From: Methanomassiliicoccaceae archaeon
GTDB lineage: Archaea > Thermoplasmatota > Thermoplasmata > Methanomassiliicoccales > Methanomassiliicoccaceae
Direction of reading: 5' to 3'
NCBI GenBank assembly: GCA_963728405.1
Contig: CAVSJV010000007.1
Span: 256,001 to 320,000, forward strand
Length of the DNA: 64,000 nt
The notes beneath the pieces are model-generated. The model had not been told where the DNA came from and ran no database searches. It saw nothing but the letters and a program-made list of their open reading frames with translations. This document shows, piece after piece, positions 10,542 to 19,959 of the stretch (the stretch's first letter is position 1; the number at the start of each line of letters is the position of its first letter). The position numbers and the translations under genes are program-made.

Positions 10542-10915
10542 TGTGAAACCTCCTTAGCCCTGGCGAGCCTTTCCTTCCGCTTGGGGTCGGAGAGGTCAAG
10601 CTTGGTGATCATGACCTTGGACGCATGCACAGACCTTGCGGTCTGAGTGCCGTCGGCCTTAGCGACGGTTACTCCTTCGACCGTCACCCTGCCCGTCTTG
10701 GTGATCACTGCGGCGACCTTGCCCTCTACGCCGAGGATGGCCTCGTCGCCACGCATAACCTTCACGGTGTCTCCCTTGATGACCTGGAGCGAGTGTATCT
10801 TGTACTCCTTCTGGAGATCTTCGCTCAGGTGGGAAGAGATGTTCTTCCTCCGGATGTGGATGGGAGCGTTAAAGAAGGCCTTCCGTTGCTTTCTCGCTTT
10901 CGTGCTCTTTACCAT
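10538..10915 (-). CDS. rpl24: 50S ribosomal protein uL24
   Basis: RKQRKAFFNAP, KGDTVKVMRGD KOW motif. Confidence 0.96.
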   Translation of the reverse strand: MVKSTKARKQRKAFFNAPIHIRRKNISSHLSEDLQKEYKIHSLQVIKGDTVKVMRGDEAILGVEGKVAAVITKTGRVTVEGVTVAKADGTQTARSVHASKVMITKLDLSDPKRKERLARAKEVSQ

Positions 10916-10925
10916 TTTCTCACCT

Positions 10926-11324
10926 TCAGATGATCGTAGAGGCGGTCGCCGCAATACGGGGCCACCTCTCCGCCGCTTCCCTCGCCACGGGTCCCTTGAT
11001 GTCCGTTCCCTTGGTCTCGCCCTCTTCGGTGGTGATGACCGCGGCATTGTCCGCAAAGGAGATCATTACTCCATCAGCCCGGCGGAATGGCCGGCGCTGG
11101 CGGACGACGATGGCGTAGACTACTTGTCTCCGCATCTCCGGGGTGCCCTTCTTTACGGACGCGATCACTATGTCGCCCACTCCGGCCTTAGGGGTCCTAC
11201 GGGCTGTTCCGTGGTATCCCGGGACGGTGAGGATAGCGATCGTCTTGGCGCCCGTGTTGTCGATGACATTCAATACTGTTCCGTTCTGGACACCGCGTGT
11301 CTGTGTGCCGGCAACTCCTTTCAT
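10926..11324 (-). CDS. rpl14: 50S ribosomal protein uL14
   Basis: DNTGAK, SVKKGTPEMR, FADNAAVI, GPVAREAA. Confidence 0.97.
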   Translation of the reverse strand: MKGVAGTQTRGVQNGTVLNVIDNTGAKTIAILTVPGYHGTARRTPKAGVGDIVIASVKKGTPEMRRQVVYAIVVRQRRPFRRADGVMISFADNAAVITTEEGETKGTDIKGPVAREAAERWPRIAATASTII

Positions 11325-11329
11325 CACGT

Positions 11330-11659
11330 TCACCTCTTCTCAATGATCACGAATGAGACGGTCTTGCTCAGTGGGCGGCACTCCATGATTTTCACCTGGT
11401 CGCCGGCCTTTACCCCCAAGCAGGGGGGATTGTGCACTGAGTAGTGGCTCGTCCGCTTCTCGTAACGCTCGTATTTCTGCTGGTATTTCAGATAGTTGCG
11501 CTCCACCACCGCGGTCTTGTCCATCTTTGTAGAAACAACAACCCCTTCGATGGTCTGGCCCCTGCAGGCAAGCTCCCCGTGGAACGGGCAGTGCTTGTCG
11601 GTACAGGCGGTCTCAGGCGCCTTGACATCGATTCCTATATCCTTGACTTCATTAGCCAT
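11330..11659 (-). CDS. rps17: 30S ribosomal protein uS17
   Basis: C.DKHCPFHG, KYERYEKR, ECRPLSKT. Confidence 0.97.
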   Translation of the reverse strand: MANEVKDIGIDVKAPETACTDKHCPFHGELACRGQTIEGVVVSTKMDKTAVVERNYLKYQQKYERYEKRTSHYSVHNPPCLGVKAGDQVKIMECRPLSKTVSFVIIEKR

Positions 11660-11664
11660 TGGGA

Positions 11665-11928
11665 TCACCTAATCTTCTTGATACGATCCTCAGGTCGGTG
11701 CTGGATATCCGAACCTTGAATCAGGACCTTTTCGCCCTGGTATGTGAACAGGAAATCATTGGTCGGCTTGGGCACGGTGACCTCACGGTCCGCCTTGCGC
11801 ACGACTATGGTGTTCTTGGTCTCGTCCACTACGGTGCCACATATGTTGCCGCATCCGGGGTTGGGCATTACCTCGACCTCCAAGCCTATGAATTCCGACC
11901 TCATGATATCCCTCTTATTCACGTTCAT
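11665..11928 (-). CDS. rnp1: RNase P protein component 1 (Rpp29/POP4)
   Basis: EFIGLEVEV, GTVVDETKNT, RPEDRIKK; operon position. Confidence 0.93.
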   Translation of the reverse strand: MNVNKRDIMRSEFIGLEVEVMPNPGCGNICGTVVDETKNTIVVRKADREVTVPKPTNDFLFTYQGEKVLIQGSDIQHRPEDRIKKIR

Positions 11929-12224
11929 CTAACGTCCGTCTTGAAACCCATCTGTTCGAGGGCTTCCTTGACCTTCTTCTTGTGGTCACCCTGCAGCTCG
12001 ATGCGGCCTTCTTTGGCCGTACCGCCGGCAGCGCACTTGCTTTTAAGCTTCTTGGCCAGGTCGTCCATGTCGATATCGTTCTCGTCGATACCTTCGACCA
12101 CAGTGACGATCTTGCCGTAGCGCCTGCTATCGGTGCTGATCCTTACGGTCTGTTGTTCACGCGCGATCTCTTCGCACATGCACAGTTCCTTGGGCAGTCC
12201 ACATACCGGGCAAATTTCAGCCAT
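11925..12224 (-). CDS. Translation initiation factor aIF1 (SUI1 homolog)
   Basis: CPVCGLPKELCMC, RRYGKIVT, LKSKCAAGGT, IELQGDH. Confidence 0.95.
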   Translation of the reverse strand: MAEICPVCGLPKELCMCEEIAREQQTVRISTDSRRYGKIVTVVEGIDENDIDMDDLAKKLKSKCAAGGTAKEGRIELQGDHKKKVKEALEQMGFKTDVR

Positions 12225-12427
12225 TAGTGCTTCTCCTCCTCCTTCTGGATGGTCTCGATCCGAGCAATGTTCGTCCTGAGGGCTCGTATCCGTCCGGGGT
12301 TGGTGGGGGCGCCGCCCATTGCGGCCGTGCCCCTCTCGTGCATGAGCTCGTCGCGGAGCTCGCGCATTTTCTTGGCGCGGTCCGCGGCGTTCATGTCCTT
12401 GATCTCCGACGTCCGGAGGAGAGCCAT
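12224..12427 (-). CDS. rpl29: 50S ribosomal protein uL29
   Basis: GGAPTNPGRIRALRTNIARIET. Confidence 0.96.
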   Translation of the reverse strand: MALLRTSEIKDMNAADRAKKMRELRDELMHERGTAAMGGAPTNPGRIRALRTNIARIETIQKEEEKH

Positions 12428-13161
12428 TACTGCTCACCCTCCTTGACATCGGCGTCTGCTTCTACTGGGACCGGTTCCTCAGCGGTCTCCGCGCGCACGA
12501 TCGCAGAGGGTTCCGCTTTCTTCACCATCAATGGTGCGAGCTCGGGGAACTTCTCTGCGGCCTCTGCGGGCAGGGTGACATCGATCTCATCGGGGAGCCT
12601 AGCGTCCGGGCGCATGATCTCGACGGTCACGCCGATGACGCCTGGCTTTAGCTTGGCGACGGCGTAGCCCTTCTCGATATCCTTTAGCTTGGGCTCGCCG
12701 CAGAACTTGATGTAGCCTTCCTTGAACTTCTCAGTGCGGTGCCTCTGGCCGGTCAGCTTGCCGGCAATGACGATGTGGCATCCACGGGCGCCAGAGTCCA
12801 TGACCCGGCGGATGGTGGAGTGTCCGGCCCGTCTGAAGTGCCAGCCCCTCTCTAACGCGAACGCGAGCTTCTCGGCCATGATCTGGGCGTTGAGGTTAGG
12901 GTTTGCAACCTCTTGCACCTCGACCTGGGGATTGTCGAACTTGAAGTCCTCTTCGATCGCCCTGGTCAGGTTCTTAATGGATGCGCCGCGGCGCCCGATG
13001 ACGATCCCGGGGCGCTCAACGATGAGCGTTACCCTGGTCCCCATCGGGGTCCTCTGTACATCCAATCCGCCAAAGCCTGCTCTGGAGACCTCTTTCATCA
13101 GGTATTCCTTGAGGAGGACCCTGCGGACGTTCTCAGCTATGAACTTCCTTTCGTTTGCCAT
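12427..13161 (-). CDS. rps3: 30S ribosomal protein uS3
   Basis: RTPMGT, RPGIVIGRRG KH domain, LERGWHFRRA. Confidence 0.97.
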   Translation of the reverse strand: MANERKFIAENVRRVLLKEYLMKEVSRAGFGGLDVQRTPMGTRVTLIVERPGIVIGRRGASIKNLTRAIEEDFKFDNPQVEVQEVANPNLNAQIMAEKLAFALERGWHFRRAGHSTIRRVMDSGARGCHIVIAGKLTGQRHRTEKFKEGYIKFCGEPKLKDIEKGYAVAKLKPGVIGVTVEIMRPDARLPDEIDVTLPAEAAEKFPELAPLMVKKAEPSAIVRAETAEEPVPVEADADVKEGEQ

Positions 13162-13608
13162 TTACTGTACCTCCTCCAGGATGACCTCGATGTTGACGGT
13201 CTGCTGGTTCCACGGGGTGCTCCGGCCGAAGGCACGGGGCATGTGCCCGGGAATGGTCCGTCCGAGGTTCGTGGTGATGACCCTGACCTTCAGGTTCTCA
13301 GAGTCAAGACCCTTGTACTCGGCGTTATGCTTGGCGCTCTGGATGACGTCCAGGATGGCCATGGCCGACTTCTTGGGGAAGCGGCCGGGGCCGACGCCGG
13401 CCTTGTGGGCGACGCCCATGTTGAACCGGGCGAACTGTACTGGTCTCTTGAGGTCGATGACCTCTTCCAGCATCTTGATCGCCACTGTGACGTTCTTACC
13501 TCTGACCATGCGGCAGACCTCACGGGAGTCCTTGGGGGAGATGGGTTTCTCCTTACCAATGGCCCGCGCGGTCTTGTCCGGATCGGTGTGTTGAGTGTAT
13601 CCTACCAT
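13162..13608 (-). CDS. rpl22: 50S ribosomal protein uL22
   Basis: ISPKDS, GRFPKK, MPRAFGR. Confidence 0.97.
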   Translation of the reverse strand: MVGYTQHTDPDKTARAIGKEKPISPKDSREVCRMVRGKNVTVAIKMLEEVIDLKRPVQFARFNMGVAHKAGVGPGRFPKKSAMAILDVIQSAKHNAEYKGLDSENLKVRVITTNLGRTIPGHMPRAFGRSTPWNQQTVNIEVILEEVQ

Positions 13609-13617
13609 GTTTCCACC

Positions 13618-14079
13618 TCACTTCAGCGGCAGGAACTTGGATCCTCTGGTCGCACCGACGCCTGGTCCAGAGTGCTTCACTTCATGCCTGGTCATGGCGA
13701 ACTCGCCAGTGAAATGCCCGATCATCTCGGGTTTTATCTCGAACTCAAAGAACTCGTGCCCGTTGTAGACGGCCACTCTCTTACCCACGAACTGGGGGAT
13801 GATGGGGACGTCCCGGCGGTGGGTCCTGGTGACCTCACGGTTCCCGGTCTTGATTATCTCGTAGGCGGTCCTCTGCTCTTCGCACATGCCACGGGCTAGG
13901 GTCCTCCGGGCCCGTGACGGGAGCAAAGTGACCATCTCGTCAAAGGGCATCTCCAGCAGTTCCTCCATAGAGAAACCGCGGTAGGTGAACTCCTTCTTGC
14001 GGCGAGCGGTGATACCGCCCTTCTTCTTCCGCATCTTCCTGCGCGCGGCCTTCTGGCCGCCAATTTTCTCCTTTGCCAT
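13618..14079 (-). CDS. rps19: 30S ribosomal protein uS19
   Basis: FTYRG, RTHRRD, PEMIGH, GVGATRGSKF. Confidence 0.97.
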   Translation of the reverse strand: MAKEKIGGQKAARRKMRKKKGGITARRKKEFTYRGFSMEELLEMPFDEMVTLLPSRARRTLARGMCEEQRTAYEIIKTGNREVTRTHRRDVPIIPQFVGKRVAVYNGHEFFEFEIKPEMIGHFTGEFAMTRHEVKHSGPGVGATRGSKFLPLK

Positions 14080-14083
14080 TAGA

Positions 14084-14779
14084 TCACTTCCTCCGCTTGG
14101 GAGACAGTCGGCCGACCTTACGTCCAGGTGGCGCGTTCCGGCTCACGGTGCTGGGCTTTCCTACATGGGGGTGACCGCCGCCACCATGGGGGTGGTTCAC
14201 TGGGTTCATGGCCACTCCCTTGACCTTGAAGTAGGCCTTGGCCTTGCTGCGGTAGGCGTGGAACTTGTTCCCTGCCTTACCGAACGGCTTTTCCCTCTGG
14301 CCACCACCGGCGACGACGCCCAATGAGGCGCGGCAGCGGGGGTCGAAGGTCTTGAACGAACCGGAGGGCATCAGGAGGACGACCTTGTCGCCCCTGCTGA
14401 CCACGGTCGCGGAAGCTCCGGCGGCGCGGACGAACTTGCCACCATCGCCAGGCTTCCCTTCAACATTGTATACGAAACTTCCTTCGGGCACGGTGCCTAG
14501 GTTCACGACGTTTCCGGGGGTGAGGTCCGAAGCTCCGACATCATAGCTGATGTTCTTTCCGACCATCATGCCCTCGGCGGCTAGCATGAGGATGCTCTGG
14601 CCGGCGAAGTCGATCTTGGCCAGCGGGCCACTGCGGCCTGGTGCGTGGATGAGGTCGACGATCTTGCCGGTCCCGGCATCGACATTGGGATACCGGATGC
14701 TACCGAGGTGCCTGTGTCCGGGGCTGCGATATACTGCGCTGCCCTTTCCTCTTCTCTGCTGTCTGAGTTGTTTTCCCAT
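14084..14779 (-). CDS. rpl2: 50S ribosomal protein uL2
   Basis: QRRGKG, GVAMNPVNHPHGGG. Confidence 0.97.
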   Translation of the reverse strand: MGKQLRQQRRGKGSAVYRSPGHRHLGSIRYPNVDAGTGKIVDLIHAPGRSGPLAKIDFAGQSILMLAAEGMMVGKNISYDVGASDLTPGNVVNLGTVPEGSFVYNVEGKPGDGGKFVRAAGASATVVSRGDKVVLLMPSGSFKTFDPRCRASLGVVAGGGQREKPFGKAGNKFHAYRSKAKAYFKVKGVAMNPVNHPHGGGGHPHVGKPSTVSRNAPPGRKVGRLSPKRRK

Positions 14780-14788
14780 ATTATCCCC

Positions 14789-15070
14789 TCAGAACACTCC
14801 AATTCTCATTCCGATATCCTCCGCCGAATATCCTTCGGCGAGCTGGATGATCGCGCGCTTCCCTTCCTTGGTGATCTTGGTCCAGACCTTGGTGACCTTG
14901 ACCTCGAAGTGGTCCTCGAAGGCATCCTTGATGTCCTTCTTGGTGGCTTCCTTGATGACGACAAACTCGATCTTGTTGCCATCCTTGAAGTTCTGGGTTG
15001 GGGTCCCGGCCATGTGGTTCATTGTCTTTTCCGTGACATAGGGGTGAAGCAGGATGTTTTTGTGAGCCAT
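14789..15070 (-). CDS. rpl23: 50S ribosomal protein uL23
   Basis: PYVTEK, ATKKDIKDAFE, GKRAII. Confidence 0.96.
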   Translation of the reverse strand: MAHKNILLHPYVTEKTMNHMAGTPTQNFKDGNKIEFVVIKEATKKDIKDAFEDHFEVKVTKVWTKITKEGKRAIIQLAEGYSAEDIGMRIGVF

Positions 15071-15072
15071 GC

Positions 15073-15843
15073 CTACCACTCTCCTACCATGTTGAGGGCG
15101 GACTCGGAGAAGATCGCTAGTCTCCCTGCCTGGCCGCCTGGGGCTAGCACTCCCGCGCTAAGTCCCTCGGTCGAAACGATTTCCACGCCGGGCAGGTTGT
15201 TCGCACCCATGAACACCGGGGCACCCAGGGCCGAGACGACCACTAGGATGCTACGGGGGGTCTTGTACTTCCTGCCCCTCATCTTTCCGCGGCCAGCGCG
15301 GATCTTCTTGCCGTCCTTGGCCCTGGCCAGGTCTGCAGATATGCCGATCTTTTCCAGAGCAGCCACGACATCGTTGGTGGTGGCAAGCTTTTCAAAGTCA
15401 TCCTCTACAACCACTGGCATGGTCACGCCTTCATCGAACTGGTGACCTCTCAGCTTGACCAGCTCAGGGTCTGACAGAGCAGCCAGCGCGGACAGTTTAG
15501 CTTTGCACCGCTCCTTACGGTTGACCTTCTTGGAGTAGTCCTTGTCCGGCTTGGGCGGGAAGGCCCGGCGTCCGCCCACGTTGTTGGGCGACTCGGCGGC
15601 CTTGCTGCCCCCAGTAAGCCTCTGGACACGCGCGACACCACGTCCCTTTCCCCACTGGGACACGGCATGTCTCATGCCTGCCGTGGGGGAAGGACCGTAG
15701 GCCTGGCGTCTGTTGGCCATCTCGGCCACAGCGGCCCTGTGGATAATGTCAGGGCGGAACTCGGTGGCAAAAGCCGCGGGGAGCTCGACGCTCTTGACGA
15801 CGTCGCCATTTACAGAGTATATATTGACATTGTTCTTGGCCAT
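15073..15843 (-). CDS. rpl4: 50S ribosomal protein uL4
   Basis: FRPDII, WGKGRGVAR, RAGRGKMRGR, LAPGG. Confidence 0.97.
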   Translation of the reverse strand: MAKNNVNIYSVNGDVVKSVELPAAFATEFRPDIIHRAAVAEMANRRQAYGPSPTAGMRHAVSQWGKGRGVARVQRLTGGSKAAESPNNVGGRRAFPPKPDKDYSKKVNRKERCKAKLSALAALSDPELVKLRGHQFDEGVTMPVVVEDDFEKLATTNDVVAALEKIGISADLARAKDGKKIRAGRGKMRGRKYKTPRSILVVVSALGAPVFMGANNLPGVEIVSTEGLSAGVLAPGGQAGRLAIFSESALNMVGEW

Positions 15844-15848
15844 GATCT

Positions 15849-16850
15849 TCAAGCCCCCTGCTTGGACTCAGTGGAGACATATACCATGTTGGGCGCCTCC
15901 TTGAGCACGATACCGATCGGCCTCACGGGGTCCCTCAAGCGGATAAGTCTCTTGGTAGGGCCCGGAACCGATCCGTGGATCAGAACGTAATTGTTCCTGA
16001 TGTTACCATAATGGAGGAAACCACCCTTGGGGTTGATCTCCTCTCCCTTCTCGCCGATCTTGAGGATCCTCTTGTTAAACTCGGTCCTCTGATGGTAACC
16101 CATCTGACCGGCCTGAGGAACCTGGGGCCTAACGAACCCAGGCCTCTTGGGGCCCAGTGTGCCGACCATCCTGCGGTGCTTGGAGTTCTTGTGGGAGAGC
16201 AGCTTTACGCCCCATCTCTTGATGGCTCCCTGGAACCCCTTGCCCTTGGTGACCGCGGACACGTCGATAATGGCGCCGTCCTTGGCGAACTCGGTGACCG
16301 TGATCTCTTTTCCCAGCAGTCCCTTTGCGTACTCCAGTCGGGCCTCGATGGAACCGCCGCCTACGCGGGTCTCCATAAGATCAGGGGCCTTCTTCGGCAC
16401 GCCGGTGATCATCTTAGGCTGAGTGTAAGTTAGCACCCGGACATCCTCGATGTCTTTCTTGATTAGCTCGCTCCAGGCCTTCTCCGTATCGTAGTTCTTG
16501 GGGATGGGCAGTTTCCGGGCGAGGTTTTGCTCTACCCCGCTGGCCCATACCTCTCCTACGGTGCGCAATCCGTACCGGGTGTTCTCATAGACCCTTACGG
16601 CAGCAACCTTCATGGGAGGTACTTCTACGACGGTTACCGGGATCTGGATCTCCTGACCTGCGGTGAGGCTGGCCTTCCTGAAGTCCACGACGAATGCGTG
16701 GGTCATTCCGGCCTTGTACCCGGCGAAGCCCTGTAGCTTAGGGCCTTCGCTGATCTCGGGCCAGGAGTCTAACCTGGGTGTCTGGCTGATCGCTCGCTTC
16801 CTAGGCGAATACGCATGCGAACCTTGTTTTGGACGTCTCTTGTTTGGCAT
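15849..16850 (-). CDS. rpl3: 50S ribosomal protein uL3
   Basis: GYKAGMTH, TKGKGFQG, GQMGYHQRTE, GSVPGP. Confidence 0.97.
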   Translation of the reverse strand: MPNKRRPKQGSHAYSPRKRAISQTPRLDSWPEISEGPKLQGFAGYKAGMTHAFVVDFRKASLTAGQEIQIPVTVVEVPPMKVAAVRVYENTRYGLRTVGEVWASGVEQNLARKLPIPKNYDTEKAWSELIKKDIEDVRVLTYTQPKMITGVPKKAPDLMETRVGGGSIEARLEYAKGLLGKEITVTEFAKDGAIIDVSAVTKGKGFQGAIKRWGVKLLSHKNSKHRRMVGTLGPKRPGFVRPQVPQAGQMGYHQRTEFNKRILKIGEKGEEINPKGGFLHYGNIRNNYVLIHGSVPGPTKRLIRLRDPVRPIGIVLKEAPNMVYVSTESKQGA

Positions 16851-17045
16851 GATTCTCCCTCTCTTCCTTTTTGAGAGAATCCACTCTCTGTGCTCGCGCC
16901 TCTTTTTACTCGATCGCTCGAGGTCAGCACCTTCGACCGTGACGCGTTATCCGCCCTCCGAGAATGGAGTTAGAGGGGAAGTTGGGATGCAAGTGCATTG
17001 CCCATGGCGTCTGGTCGAACGTCCTCAGCGCTTACAGCGTAACTG
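16851..17045 (-). promoter_or_regulatory. About 190-nt structured 5' leader of the S10 operon (candidate r-protein leader)
   Basis: Nested helices CGCU/AGCG, GAGG/CCUC, UUCGACC/GGUCGAA, GACGC/GCGUC enclosing UGGG-AUGC/GCAU-CCCA and CUCC/GGAG hairpins. Confidence 0.6.
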
Positions 17046-17062
17046 TGGCATTATAATTATGG

Positions 17063-17070
17063 TATATAAA
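17063..17070 (-). promoter_or_regulatory. TATA box of the S10-spc operon
   Basis: TTTATATA on the minus strand in AT-rich context upstream of the leader. Confidence 0.65.
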
Positions 17071-17220
17071 CTTAGCGTGGGAGGGGGACCCCTATCTGGC
17101 TATGGCATATTCTCCTTTCAGGAAAAGGTTGGCTCATAGCTCCGACCTTGAACTTTCTAAGATGATAGATGGGTAAAATATATCACCTTCGGAGGGCGTT
17201 CGGGGATAGGAAGGGATGTA

Positions 17221-17430
17221 TTGAGCCGGGTTCGGGACGTCGGTCCGTCGCAAAGGACGCTTTTCAACTTCGATATCGAGGACCCTTTCGAGGCAGGGTC
17301 GATAGATAGCTTCAAGGACCAATTCCGTCGATTGAACGGCCGCAACCCCTCGGCCGTGGAGCTCAGCACCTACTATCGCAAGCATCCTCAGGAGCTGGAA
17401 CGGCGGACCGGGAATTTCAAGAAGCATTAA
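17221..17430 (+). CDS. Small hypothetical protein (69 aa)
   Basis: TTG start after a purine-rich RBS-like stretch, AT-rich TATA-like element near 17176, fills the intergenic gap. Confidence 0.45.
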   Translation: MSRVRDVGPSQRTLFNFDIEDPFEAGSIDSFKDQFRRLNGRNPSAVELSTYYRKHPQELERRTGNFKKH

Positions 17431-18401
17431 CTGCTCTCTTTCTTGGCCTTATCTCGCTCATGGCATCGTCCTTCGAGTGCGCTCCCAGTGACGATGTTCT
17501 CCAATACGCAGACCTTTTGACCATTGACCACGAAGCACATGTTTTTGTCACATGGTTCGACGTGGATGATCACGTCGCAATTTTTGAGCTCCTTTTTGAT
17601 CTCGCTCTTTATCATCCCGGACAAGGCGTGACCTGCTTCGATAGGAGTATCGTACTTGATCACGATGTGGAAGTCAACGAACCGCTCCGCACCGGCCTTG
17701 CGGCTGCGTAGATTGTGATAGCCCAGGAACCTATCGCTATGTTTGTTCAATATTTCCCGGATCTTCACTTCCTCCTCAGGAGGTAGCTTCTCATCAAGGA
17801 GGTCCCGCCCAGACCGCTTGATCATGCCCCAGGCGGCCTTGATGATGAGTATGGCCACACCGATGGCGATAAGGGGGTCCAGGATCGGCAGGTTCGTTAT
17901 CTTGATGACCACCAGCCCGGCGAATATGCCTAAGGAGGTCCAGACATCCGTCTTAAGATGGAGGGCATCCGCCTCTAGGGCCATAGAATCCTCCTCTTTG
18001 GCCACCTTGTAGAGGTATCGGGACACGATGATGTTGATTACCACCGAGATGCCCATGACTGCGATGCCCAGGTCGACCTCTTCTATCCCGGTGTGAGAAA
18101 TGATCTTTTGTGAAGCCTCGAAGAGAATTATGCCCGCGGCAATAAAGATAAGGATGGCTTCGATGACCCCTGAAAGGTTCTCATATTTACCATGGCCATA
18201 GGGGTGTTCCTTGTCCACAGGCTCACTGGCTTTCCGGACAGAGTAGTTGGCGATGATGGCTGCCAGAAGGTCCATCATCGAATGTATCGCCTCGGATATC
18301 ACCGAGACGGACATCATCATAATGCCAACGGTTAGCTTCAAAACCACCAATGAAGTGTTAGATACGATGGATGCTCGTGCGGCGGCCACTTTTCGTTCCA
18401 A
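17427..18401 (-). CDS. Cation diffusion facilitator (FieF/YiiP-like)
   Basis: SEAIHS..D, HPYGHGKYE, ADALHLKTD, HVEP. Confidence 0.93.
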   Translation of the reverse strand: MERKVAAARASIVSNTSLVVLKLTVGIMMMSVSVISEAIHSMMDLLAAIIANYSVRKASEPVDKEHPYGHGKYENLSGVIEAILIFIAAGIILFEASQKIISHTGIEEVDLGIAVMGISVVINIIVSRYLYKVAKEEDSMALEADALHLKTDVWTSLGIFAGLVVIKITNLPILDPLIAIGVAILIIKAAWGMIKRSGRDLLDEKLPPEEEVKIREILNKHSDRFLGYHNLRSRKAGAERFVDFHIVIKYDTPIEAGHALSGMIKSEIKKELKNCDVIIHVEPCDKNMCFVVNGQKVCVLENIVTGSALEGRCHERDKAKKESS

Positions 18402-18511
18402 AGCGATCCATCACCTATCGACGCCCCCTATTTGGGATTTGTGGAAGGCGTACAATTGAGGGCCTAGATGGGGGCCATCGGGCCTCCATCAGCCCAGAAC
18501 GCGGGTAGAAC

Positions 18512-18838
18512 TCAGAGCTTTCCTTCCTTGGCCTTCTTCTGCAGGCGCTTGGACCGCTCCTTAGTGTTGAAGCCGGTAGCCTTTTCCATGAACTCATTGT
18601 ACTTACGGTTCGACTCTATCATCGCCTCGGGGGAAGCGCCCTTGTCCGAGGTGGTCACCACCGACAAAGTGCTCTTGCTAAGCATCTTGACCTCGAACCT
18701 GACGGTGGCGCCGAAGGAAGAGATCAGGGATCCATTCTCTTCCTCGACCTTTCCAAGCACCTCCTTCATCAGATTCTTAAGGCCGTCCCCTTCCAAGCTG
18801 GCAGCATGCCCCTTCTTGATATCGAATTCCATCGTCAT
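18512..18838 (-). CDS. Conserved archaeal protein (DUF5611-like)
   Basis: IKKGH, SSFGA, NEFMEKATGFNTKER pattern. Confidence 0.7.
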   Translation of the reverse strand: MTMEFDIKKGHAASLEGDGLKNLMKEVLGKVEEENGSLISSFGATVRFEVKMLSKSTLSVVTTSDKGASPEAMIESNRKYNEFMEKATGFNTKERSKRLQKKAKEGKL

Positions 18839-18843
18839 TCCTC

Positions 18844-19893
18844 CTAATCGAAATCCAGTTCATTGCTCAGGTACTTGGCGACGTCCACGCTCGTGCCCAT
18901 GGTGTCCTGAATGTCCATGAGGCCGGTCCACTCCTTGCGACAGCCACAATCTAGGCCGCCCAGGTCATCAAGGTCCTGGCTGAAGGAAAAGCGCTGGACC
19001 GCATCAAGTATTTTTCTGTCGCAGCTATCGCAGTTATGGACGCCCCGCGCGGTCCCCCCGCCCGACGGAGAGGACATGATCCGGCATTCGCTGATCTCTC
19101 TCCCCTTTCTCAGCACCTCGATCAATGACCATAGCCAGGGCGGGCGGTAGTTGCCCCGACGCCACAGCATATCTACCACAGTGTCCCTCTGCACGTTCAC
19201 CGGGTTGACGCTCACGCTCTCGGAGAATTTGGACGCGTAGCCGATCGATACGATGGCATCTTGTACAGCGGCCCTTTCCGTTAGGTAGGGGGGCTTGAGG
19301 AGCAGATAGGTCCTCAACGGTATGTCCTTGCCCCTCAGAACACCGGCCGCCCGAGTGTAGTCCTCCACGGTGAAACCCTTGCGGACGCACTTGCGGAGCA
19401 CCTCCTCGTTCGCCGTCTCTAGGCCAATGGCCACCGCCGAGCGGGGATCGATGTCCAGCAGGTTCTCGTCGGTGATGAAGTCCGGCCGGCTCTCGTAGAG
19501 GATGCGGTCGGCCGGGGAGAACGCGGAAAATATCTCGGACCGGAGGTCCAGGGGAATCTCGTTCGGATCGAGAAACGAGCCGGAGGTGTAGATCTTGACC
19601 AGCCGTTCGCCCTTGTACCTCGAGGCCGCCTTGCTCATCTGGGCCCTTATGTCGGCAGGGGTGACCGCTCTAGAACTGGCCGAATTGTAGCCGCACATGA
19701 GGCACCCCTTCTGCCAGGACCACCAGCAGCCCGTGGTCCGCAGAATGACCACAAATGCCTCGGCCTTCTGACCGTCGATGACGTCCTCCTCCTTCCAGAC
19801 GCTGACTGGGCTCTGGAGCTCCTCTCTGGTCAATCGGGCCATTTTGTATCTCTCATGATGGACATGTCGACCTCGATAATTAGGTTTGCCCAT
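18844..19893 (-). CDS. Archaeosine-synthesis radical SAM enzyme RaSEA (TIGR01210 family)
   Basis: ILRTTGC-x7-CxxC, KIYTSGSFLD, AIGLETA, YRPPWLWS, RGVHNC. Start uncertain (19893 or 19842). Confidence 0.88.
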   Translation of the reverse strand: MGKPNYRGRHVHHERYKMARLTREELQSPVSVWKEEDVIDGQKAEAFVVILRTTGCWWSWQKGCLMCGYNSASSRAVTPADIRAQMSKAASRYKGERLVKIYTSGSFLDPNEIPLDLRSEIFSAFSPADRILYESRPDFITDENLLDIDPRSAVAIGLETANEEVLRKCVRKGFTVEDYTRAAGVLRGKDIPLRTYLLLKPPYLTERAAVQDAIVSIGYASKFSESVSVNPVNVQRDTVVDMLWRRGNYRPPWLWSLIEVLRKGREISECRIMSSPSGGGTARGVHNCDSCDRKILDAVQRFSFSQDLDDLGGLDCGCRKEWTGLMDIQDTMGTSVDVAKYLSNELDFD

Positions 19894-19959
19894 ATCTCCG
19901 CAGCTGGCCGGACTCTCCGGGAGCAATCATATTCATTTAACGATCAGGCCGCCCGGATC

